Of a DNA stretch of 60,582 nt, positions 1 through 8,474 are shown piece by piece. How positions within the stretch are numbered: the stretch's first letter is position 1; every line of letters starts with the position of its first letter. The notes under the pieces were generated by a model. It was given only the letters and a program-made list of their open reading frames with translations. It was not told the DNA's origin and made no database searches. A program made the translations under genes and the position numbers. The stretch comes from Coniocarpon cinnabarinum (Eukaryota), in contig JAVECO010000008.1 in NCBI GenBank assembly GCA_051942205.1, positions 186,001 through 246,582 of the forward strand, read 5' to 3'.

Positions 1-804
1 CTGCGAGAGCTGCGAACTGTACTGGCGTGGGTCTGAAAAGTGCTGGGGAGGCCCGAGCTCAGGGCAGTCTGGGGGCAGTTGGGGGTTTTGGGGACTCGGC
101 GGCGCGCCAGGCTTCGGGTCCCCGTGGGTTTTTATTGGGCGCTTGTGGTGATTTAGCGGTGCCCGTGCCTGAGTTAGCAGTTAGCCCTTAAGCTTCCGCG
201 CTCGCTCCCCCAAATATACGGAGTACAGTCACAACGCCAGCATCGCGGGAGGGACTCCGTAGCTCGTTGAATGTATTTCGCACTTCCAGTGTCATCGCAA
301 GCCACTCGCGGTTGCGGCCCGTGTTGAAGATACAGGGAGACTGGGTTTTTCGAAGCACGAGCTGCAGCACAAGTATTGTACAGCAGAGTCGCTGCCTCCG
401 AAGCAGAGATCGGGGCATTAGAAAAAGACCGGAGTAGGCGCAAGTGAATAAAGACCAACGCAAACGTCAGACGCGAAAAGAGCTGCCAGCCAGTCCCCAC
501 CACAGTTTGGCCACTTTAGCGGCCCGACCGGCGCCGTTGCAGCATCCTGGGCTGGCGGACCTCAACACTCAGCCCTACGCAGCAAAAAAGTTACCTACGG
601 GCTTGATCGTGCCTTGACCGCCAACACCGACACAACATCGCCGGCCAGCTTCACTCTCTTCTCGACCTATTCTGCTTCTCGTCGCAGTCTCGCACATCTC
701 TGCCACTGTACCTAATCCTCTTTTCTCTCGCCTCTGCCGTCGCTTCACACCCTCCTCGAATAGCCATTGACCACTTCCCTCCCGGCCCGCGCAACCTCAG
801 CTAG

Positions 805-1046
805 GTACGTCTGTCTCCATTGCGATGCAAATCCCGAAGTGCGCACACACACACACATGCCCTCCGCCGAAGATGACCTCTGCCGCCTCGGACTTTTCCT
901 TATCTCGTGCACGCACGTCTGCAATCTGCTGGCGAAAGGTTCCCTCCTCAGAGAATCCATCCTTCGCTTTGTCCGCCTCTGGCCATTTTCCTCAACATCA
1001 ACTTCCAGCTCGGAGCTCCTGCTAACTGGTCACTTTCTCACTGCAG
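805..1046 (+). other. 5'-UTR intron of ACL2
   Basis: Donor GTACGT at 805, branch site GCTAAC at 1021-1026, pyrimidine tract and CAG acceptor ending 1046; ATG follows at 1080. Confidence 0.75.
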
Positions 1047-1079
1047 CCAGTCTTGAACCAAGCGCAGACTCAGGGCACC

Positions 1080-2540
1080 ATGTCGGCCAAATCCATCTAC
1101 GAGGGCGATGGCAAGGCTATCCTCAACTACCACCTCACCCGCTCACCGCTCATCAAACCCTCCCCTCTCCCGCACAGTGGTGTCCACAACCCACCTCCGA
1201 AGCTCGCCACTCTCAACTTCCCTGCAGACGCCTCGGTGTCAGGTGTGCTTGACCAAGCCGAGAGCACGTATCCTTGGCTGCTCGCCAAAGACGCCCGCTT
1301 CGTGTGCAAGCCAGACCAGCTGATCAAGCGAAGAGGAAAGAGTGGCCTGCTCGGATTGAACAAGACCTGGGCAGACGCTCGCGCTTGGATTCAAGACCGC
1401 GCCGGCAAGACACAGAAAGTCGAAACAGTCGATGGTGTACTACGGAACTTCCTCGTAGAGCCCTTCGTGCCGCACCCCCAGGAGACGGAATACTACATCA
1501 ACATCAACTCAGTCCGAGAAGGCGACTGGATTCTGTTCACGGACGAAGGTGGTGTCGATGTCGGCGATGTCGACGCCAAAGCCCAGAAACTGCTAATCCC
1601 CGTCGACCTTACCCAATATCCATCCAACGACGAAATCGCCTCTACCCTTTTGAAGAAGGTTCCCAAGGGTGTCCACAATGTCCTCGTCGACTTCATCTCC
1701 CGCCTCTACGCAGTTTACGTGGACTGCCAGTTCACGTACCTTGAGATCAACCCTCTCGTCGTCATCCCCAACGCAGACGCTACCTCTGCTGAGGTTCACT
1801 TCCTCGACCTGGCGGCCAAGCTCGATCAAACTGCTGAATTCGAGTGTGGTGTGAAATGGGCTATCGCTCGTTCCGCCAATGCGCTTGGCCTCTCAGTACC
1901 TGCTTCGGCTGGCAGCAAAGTCCAAATCGATGCTGGCCCACCGATGGAGTTCCCAGCACCTTTCGGCCGTGAGCTCTCCAAGGAAGAAGCCTACATCTCG
2001 GAGCTTGACGCCAAGACCGGTGCGTCCCTCAAGCTCACTATTCTTAACGCATCTGGTCGCGTTTGGACACTTGTCGCTGGTGGTGGAGCTTCCGTCGTCT
2101 ATGCCGACGCCATCGCATCTGCGGGCTTTGCCAGCGAGCTTGCCAACTACGGCGAATACTCTGGCGCGCCTACCGAATCGCAGACCTTCCAATACGCCAA
2201 GACGGTGCTGGATCTGATGCTCCGCGCACCACAACACCCCGAGGGCAAAGTCCTCTTCATCGGTGGAGGCATTGCCAACTTCACCAATGTGGCCAGCACA
2301 TTCAAGGGTCTAATTCGCGCGCTGCGTGAGGTTGCGCCTCTATTGAACGAACACAAGGTCGCCATCTGGGTCCGTCGCGCTGGACCCAACTACCAGGAGG
2401 GGCTCAAGAACATCAAGAATGTCGCTGTTGAGCTAGGCCTGAACATGCACGTCTACGGCCCAGACATGCACGTCTCGGGCATTGTTCCATTGGCGTTGGT
2501 CCCGGGAAAGAAGAGCGAGGTCGGCGAGTTTATTGGTTGA
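1080..2540 (+). CDS. ACL2: ATP-citrate lyase subunit 2 (ATP-grasp/citrate-binding subunit)
   Basis: MSAKSIYEGDGKAIL start; KPDQLIKRRGKSGL, YLEINPL, AGGGASVVYAD, NYGEYSGAP and GGGIANFTNVA motifs of ACL. The true start is the ATG at 1080 (the ORF track starts on an upstream TTG). Confidence 0.96.
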   Translation: MSAKSIYEGDGKAILNYHLTRSPLIKPSPLPHSGVHNPPPKLATLNFPADASVSGVLDQAESTYPWLLAKDARFVCKPDQLIKRRGKSGLLGLNKTWADARAWIQDRAGKTQKVETVDGVLRNFLVEPFVPHPQETEYYININSVREGDWILFTDEGGVDVGDVDAKAQKLLIPVDLTQYPSNDEIASTLLKKVPKGVHNVLVDFISRLYAVYVDCQFTYLEINPLVVIPNADATSAEVHFLDLAAKLDQTAEFECGVKWAIARSANALGLSVPASAGSKVQIDAGPPMEFPAPFGRELSKEEAYISELDAKTGASLKLTILNASGRVWTLVAGGGASVVYADAIASAGFASELANYGEYSGAPTESQTFQYAKTVLDLMLRAPQHPEGKVLFIGGGIANFTNVASTFKGLIRALREVAPLLNEHKVAIWVRRAGPNYQEGLKNIKNVAVELGLNMHVYGPDMHVSGIVPLALVPGKKSEVGEFIG

Positions 2541-3159
2541 AATGGTAATCAAGAGTTCATTTGCATTACAGACATTTGTCGTCAAGCCTCGCTTGAGTTT
2601 GTGTACCATCATGGGCCCTGTTCCATCAGAATCTGGCGTATACAAGGGGACGGTAGATATATTTTGATTGTCTGGCGTTGCATCTTGTATTCGGACCCAA
2701 GCCCAAATGCTAGCTAGACGGTCAACATATGAGTATCCCAACAAAGTACTGAGTTTTCCTTACCGCTTCTCCACTATCGACGCGTCAGATGTGGGAGCAC
2801 GAGGACGATAACGAGGGAGCTACACGCGCGACATCACGTGAATCTATCGCGAAGATCAATGTCGGGCAGGGTCGCTATACTGCTTTTTCTGGAGCTGTTC
2901 TGCGACCACAAATCGCAGCAGCCTGAAGGCATTGCGAATCAGTACATTCAAAAAGCTCACGACCCGCAAGTGCTTGATCACACCAAGATACCCACACGAC
3001 ACTACGAATCCACTGTACACTCGTCCATCTCCAAGCTTTCGAGACCCGTGCTCGATCCAACCCAAGCAAAACCCAGCTTGAGCGTCTACTTTTCAGTACC
3101 GCACGCGCACTGTCTATCAAGCGCGTGAATTCACACAACCATCTGAATCGCCACAAACC

Positions 3160-3590
3160 ATGAGTGTACGTCCAGACCTGCAACACTCTCGATCCACAGA
3201 CCGTTTCCCCCAAAATCACCCGCCCTCTCACCACATCCCTTCCCACCTCACCATACCACGCCATACCCACCACTTTCCCACCCCAACTCCAACCCCAAAC
3301 GCATACAAACGGACTAACATCTCCAGTTCCAACCCCTCAACCCGCGTCCCATGCTCGCCAGCCTGATCAACGAAACCGTCTCCATCCGCCTAAAATGGAA
3401 CGCCGAAGAATACCGCGGCCGGCTCGTCTCCGTGGACGCCTACATGAACATCCAGCTGGCGGAGACGGTCGAGTTCGCGGGCGGCAAGGAGAGCTCCCTG
3501 GGGACGGTGCTCATTCGGTGTAATAATGTGCTGTGGATTGCGGATGCTTCGGCGAAGGAGGACGAGGATCGAGAAATGGGGGGCACATGA
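3160..3590 (+). CDS. SMX3: Small nuclear ribonucleoprotein SmF (2 exons: 3160-3165, 3327-3590)
   Basis: ATGAGT|GTACGT ... ACTAAC ... CAG|TTC gives MSFQPLNPRPMLASLINETVSIRLKW...EYRGRLVSVDAYMNIQL...LGTVLIRCNNVLWI, with the Sm1/Sm2 motifs typical of SmF. Confidence 0.92.
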
Positions 3591-4084
3591 CATCCATTCA
3601 GTTGTGAGAAGAGATTGCTCGCGGACGTGCTTCAAGCGCTCTAGATTGTTGGATTCAAGGAACTTGATTGGGAGGAGCGAGGGCGTTGAAGGATGACGAA
3701 TAAGATATATGTGATGTGGAACACGTATATGCGAAGAAGCGCGATTGGTTCGGTGAAAGAACTGATGGAGGTGGAGAACCAGCGAGGAATTTGAAGCCAC
3801 CCGCCCTGCGAATCGAGGACGTTTCAGCTCAACGTTATGCGCTGAACAAGCCACGATACGATGTGCATAGACTCCTCTGCTTGGACTGGGTTAAAACGGG
3901 GACCTCAGAAGCTCCTTCACCACCACCACCACCGCTCCTGGTGTCTGTAATGAATGACATGATAGCCGCCTGGCTACGTTGAGTCTCGAGCACGACAGGG
4001 CAAGTACGCGCCCAGCTTCACTCCGCTCTTCACGCGTGTTTGCAGCCCAGACAATGTCGTTCTATATAGCATGAAGGGTTGGAA

Positions 4085-5990
4085 ATAATTTGTCGCGACA
4101 GATCACACCCAGCGTCACCATCATCACCCACACTCCATCCATCCACCGCCTTCCGCACCCTCAGCATCGTCCGCTTCCGTCGTCAAAAGCTCACGAGCAG
4201 ACGTGCCGCCTCAGACGCACTCGAAGTGCTGACGTCTCCCTGGGAGGTCCCTCAGCGGTGTCTGTGATTCTCGCTCGCAATCTCCAACAGTCGCAGTCAG
4301 CCGCGTCAAGCACGTCCAGCAGCGAACAGACCAAAGCGCAGACTCAGCAGCGCCAGGCTCGATATCGACTTTGCATGACCCCTGCACGGGTTCGGACAAC
4401 GATAGCACAGCGCCGCAGACGACCACAGATGTGCCATGTCGCCCTTCGACCTGATTTTGACTGCCTCTCACTCCCCATCAATCTCAACGCTCGAGCTCTC
4501 TCTATGTGTGTAGCATAACTTCCAGGGACCGACTTTGTTTCCGCTCGCACTGCGCTCCGTGGATTGCAGCACAAGGGCATGGTAAGCGGACAAAGGTGAC
4601 ATCCAGAAAACCGCTTCGTCTCCGTTACTTGCCCCGGAGGATGAGGGTCCCGCCGCCTGCACGACCGAAGCTGCACAGGCGCAGAAAATATCGGCGCTGG
4701 TCAATCGACCTGCAAGCAGTTCTTGCAGGGAGGCCATTTGCACGGCTGATCGGGGTTTGACGTGCTGCTTGCGCAGGTGTCACCACGTCGATGGCGGATG
4801 CCGTGACGTGTGCGAGGGATTGTGTTTAGGTGGGGAAGGAGAGTGGACGAGTGTTCAGTGACGGGCGATGAAGCCTATGTCAGCTGGGTGGGAGGTGTGA
4901 CGGACGACTTCAACGAGCTGGCTGAAGGCACAGGAGGAGCTCGTCGGGTGGGTAGAAGGATTGCGGTGAGTAGCTGATCGGTCGACGTTGCGTCTCGCCG
5001 TAGCTGTTGGAGTCGAGGCATCGAGGACCAGAGAATCTGGAGCGTGAGGACATCTCCGTTTGATGGACGAGTGACTAGGGCTGTCCCCGCTGTACTCTTC
5101 CGGCCTTGCTCACACCATGAGGCGTAATTCCGGCAAGTGGACCTTCAGAGCGTAACACGGGACCTCCCACGCATCTCATCTGTTTGTGACGGAGCTGTAA
5201 TGCTCATCTTGTGGTCCTCTCTGCCACTTCCCCACAGCGTGACGAGACTGCATTGCTGCCACGCAACGAAGTACCAACCAGCATCCGACAAACCCGCCGA
5301 GCCACCAGAATGACAAGCTCCCGTACCATGCACAACAAACCAACCCACAGGATGAAGCTCCAATAGATCACTCAAAACAGGGCAACCCCACACCTCTTCC
5401 ACACGTCTTCTCCAATCCACCTCACAGTCCCTTCCAACACCCCATCCAAGACCAGAAAAGAAGTCCAGCGAGTGCCCTCGACGCGCGCCGCCCACACGAC
5501 GGTCTTACCCAATATGACGCATGAAAGCACTCATCACTGCCCGGACCGTTCTCTCGACCCGGTCGCCCAGGTCAAAGTACTAAGCCCCGGCTCTGGACAC
5601 CCGACCCCGCATCTCCTCTCCACACCAGCACCAGACGCCGTCTCGCCGTTGCCAGCGTCGGGCATCCGGCGCCGAGAGCTTCGCGGCGCCGATGCAGGGC
5701 GGGCGCTCCGTGCGGCGATACCGTAAACAGCTTAGGGTTAGACTCCGAGGATCCCACCGGACCGCCAGGCAGCCCTGTGTCAGTGACGGGGTCACTCGAG
5801 CGGTGTGAATCCGTATTAGCAGCAGCTCTGTAGAGTCCCAGGGGGAGAGTGAGCGTAGCGGACCGCGGGCTGGATGGAGGCGTCCCGTACGCACTCGACG
5901 GAGTCACGCAGCGAGAGCTTGCCAATGCATGGAAGCACTGGTTGGTGGGGCTCAGATTCGGGGGAAGTGATCTGCCATAGTGCTTGTCAG
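4085..5990 (-). ncRNA. TER: Candidate telomerase RNA (TER), ~1.9 kb; ends approximate
   Basis: Minus strand, 5'->3': template-boundary hairpin (5837-5741), template CUAACCCUAA (5741-5732), pseudoknot (4616-4436), three-way junction with P6.1-like GCAC-UUCGA-GUGC (4229-4217). Nested long-range pairings: 5967-5976/4097-4106, 5871-5879/4133-4141, 5857-5863/4169-4175, 5839-5844/4379-4384. No credible protein-coding gene in the interval. Confidence 0.82.
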
Positions 5991-6097
5991 AGCGAGAGAG
6001 CATCGAGTGCCGAGGTGTCGGTGGCTCGCAAGATGTGCAGCTGGTCGACGATGTTGTCTCAAAGCTGTACGATGAAGCCAATGGTCAAATAAGAAGA

Positions 6098-6123
6098 GTG
6101 ACTAGCGTGACGCGCTAGTGCAC
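6098..6123. promoter_or_regulatory. Inverted repeat with TGACG core in the divergent TER / MT-A70 promoter
   Basis: GTG-ACTAGCG-TGACG-CGCTAGT-G-CAC; a second TGACGT at ~6133 and ACGCGA at ~6158. Confidence 0.3.
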
Positions 6124-6340
6124 CATATCATGTGACGTGTATACCTTGGAAAGGCTCACGCGAATCTGATCAACTCGACGTAGGTAGCACGCAATGTCCT
6201 CGCGGAATGTGGACCACTTCTTGATTGGCTCAAATCTTTTCGATGCAGAAAAAAAGAAACGATAAGCACTGGCGCGCGCTTGCCCTGAAAACGTGATTCC
6301 TGGGCAGATGAGCTAAAGGATTGAAGTGCGTGCATCATAG

Positions 6341-7621
6341 ATGGATGAAAGCGCCGGCTGCCGATCTATCCTCTATCACGATAGCGACTGGACTACATTG
6401 CTTCTAGATATTCCTCGATCTATTGCTGAAGCTCAGGGTGCCGATGATGATCTTGCATTGATTTCATGTGCTCCTCTCATTGAGCCGTTCCAGACCGACG
6501 AGCCCAAGTCTGGAAAAGCAAAATCAAAGGTAACAAATTTCTCGCAGGACAAGCCGCTGCATGAGGAGATTGCTCGTGCGGCGTCTGCAGCGCTTCAGGA
6601 GTTAAGCGAGGCCAAGGGAGATGGGAAGCAGTACTGCCTCTCACGAGTTGTTCGTGATGTCCAACGACGTGACCTGAAGCGAAAAAGACTCTCCTCGAAA
6701 CATCCAGAGAGTGATGCTGAAGGCTTTCGTTCTCCTAGTGAAGAGCTTTCGGAAACCGTCAACAGTGTATCCTCTATCGATTTCCAGCAACTCATTGGCT
6801 CCGACATCGTCCACGAAGATGGCGAGCGTGACACATTTCAAGGCGCTTTCTACAACAAGAACGAGTGTTCGCAGTTAGTTCGGATCGCTGCAATTGAGCG
6901 AGCTGAAAATCATAACTTTCGAATTCCCCCCAGAAGCTATTGTCTGCTCTCCAAGTGTGAAAGCACGGGAGCTTTCCGCTCGGCCGCGAAAGAGTATACT
7001 TCGGATAGCGTTGCCGGAGTTGGGAGATTTGACGTGATATTGATTGATCCGCCTTGGCCAAACCTTTCAGCTAAACGAAAGGGAGCGTATGATGGGGCAA
7101 AGAGCCATAGAGGAATTTTGAGTCTACTGCTCAATCTGCATTTGGATCTCCATGTCTCAGCTGGCGGCTATGTTGCAATATGGACCACCAACAATCCGCA
7201 GATTCGGAAGTTGATACTCGGAGCAGGAGGGCTGTTCGACTCTTGGAACGTGGAGCTAGCCGAGGAGTGGATCTGGTTGAAGATAACACGTGAAGGCGAA
7301 CCAGTCACACCAATCGAGGGACTGTGGCGAAAGCCGTACGAAAGCCTCCTAGTCGGTAAAGTACCATCCGATCGGTACGCGACTGTAGGCTATACAGCAC
7401 CTGCGTCCGTAAAGCGACGCGTAATAGCTGCAGTGCCTGATTTGCACTCCAGAAAGCCTTGTCTGCAAGAAGTATTTGATCAGACGCTGTTCAAAGGCAC
7501 TTCAAGGGATCGTCGCGTGCTCGAGATATTCGCTCGACACCTTGTAAAAGGATGGATGAGCTGGGGGAACGAAGTCTTGAAGTTCAATGACCTTCGCCAA
7601 TGGTCCAGCCTCAACCGTTGA
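6341..7621 (+). CDS. MT-A70 family adenine N6-methyltransferase, METTL4/DAMT-1-like
   Basis: Intronless 426-aa ORF with FDVILIDPPW (catalytic DPPW), EEWIWLKIT.EGEPV, RKPYESLLVG, HSRKP and LEIFAR.L..GW.SWGNE. Confidence 0.9.
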   Translation: MDESAGCRSILYHDSDWTTLLLDIPRSIAEAQGADDDLALISCAPLIEPFQTDEPKSGKAKSKVTNFSQDKPLHEEIARAASAALQELSEAKGDGKQYCLSRVVRDVQRRDLKRKRLSSKHPESDAEGFRSPSEELSETVNSVSSIDFQQLIGSDIVHEDGERDTFQGAFYNKNECSQLVRIAAIERAENHNFRIPPRSYCLLSKCESTGAFRSAAKEYTSDSVAGVGRFDVILIDPPWPNLSAKRKGAYDGAKSHRGILSLLLNLHLDLHVSAGGYVAIWTTNNPQIRKLILGAGGLFDSWNVELAEEWIWLKITREGEPVTPIEGLWRKPYESLLVGKVPSDRYATVGYTAPASVKRRVIAAVPDLHSRKPCLQEVFDQTLFKGTSRDRRVLEIFARHLVKGWMSWGNEVLKFNDLRQWSSLNR

Positions 7622-7642
7622 TCTTATGGCCAGTTGCTCAGG

Positions 7643-8081
7643 CTACTTGTTTCTCGACTGTTTGTAGGAGAATCGCTTGCGCGTGCTGCGACACAGTTAG
7701 TGATGGTCTGCGAACGATGAAGCCTCGTCACCCTACGGCGAGAATTCTCCCAATTTCCTTCCGACCATGTCTTCTGTGATGGTCACCTCTTGGTACACCT
7801 TTCCGTTGTGTATTTGGAAGCGTAAGCCAACGAAATTGGGAAGTATAGTGGCTGAACGAGCTTGCGTCCGAACCGGTGGAGGTCTCTTGCCAGGCTCGGG
7901 TCGCGCGATTGGGAGACTGATGCAAATGGTAAGTACAGATTGATCTGGGCGACCGTTCATCTGGCTTACGGGAGAATGTTTGGTCCTAGACAAGGATCAA
8001 TTAGTACGCAAACAATATAGCACGGTGTTGAGCATTACCTTTCCAGACTGAGCGAGCCAGCATAATCCGTGAGGGTAGCAT
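7643..8081 (-). CDS. RSM19: Mitochondrial ribosomal protein S19 (exons 8081-8039, 7985-7970, 7916-7737, 7685-7643)
   Basis: Spliced translation [23 protein letters not shown]...[56 protein letters not shown] carries the uS19 signature; three GT-AG introns. Confidence 0.93.
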
Positions 8082-8217
8082 TGCAAAGACGCTGAGATGA
8101 TATCTGAAACAGAAGGCTGCAATGTGAAAAGCGGAGGACGATGCAGTGGATCCTCGACGTGCACATGAATTTGCTATCATGATAACGATAAAAATCGCAG
8201 CAGGAACTAACGCTAAT

Positions 8218-8251
8218 ACGCGTCCTTCGTCACCGCCTTCACTTCACGCGT
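8218..8251. promoter_or_regulatory. Two MCB (ACGCGT) boxes in the RSM19/MRE11 divergent promoter
   Basis: ACGCGT at 8218-8223 and 8246-8251, about 220-260 nt upstream of the MRE11 ATG. Confidence 0.5.
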
Positions 8252-8474
8252 TAAACGAATCAGTTTCCCCAAAGGTCTCTTGCTGCCTGGAATCATGGTG
8301 GACCTAACGGACGAGCGAGAAGGCTTTGCCTGGGGCTCAGGCTTGCAGCTTTCCCGCTCTAGTCTTCTTCCTCTTCTGCACACGCCCTGAATTTGCTTCA
8401 CTTCTTGCAACTTAGTTGTCACCTTTACTTCGTGGTAGATCCACATCTGAAGACATTTTCAACATCGTACAACC

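Noticed and set aside
3918..3933. (CAC)n short repeat
   Set aside because: About five units of an ordinary microsatellite.
4090..4760. Several 80-140 aa ORFs on both strands
   Set aside because: Mostly non-ATG starts, no recognisable protein and no consistent splice signals; they overlap the pseudoknot and three-way junction.
5572..6081. 169-aa minus-strand ORF over the TER 5' region
   Set aside because: TTG start, low complexity, no family motif; the sequence is better explained by RNA helices and the template.
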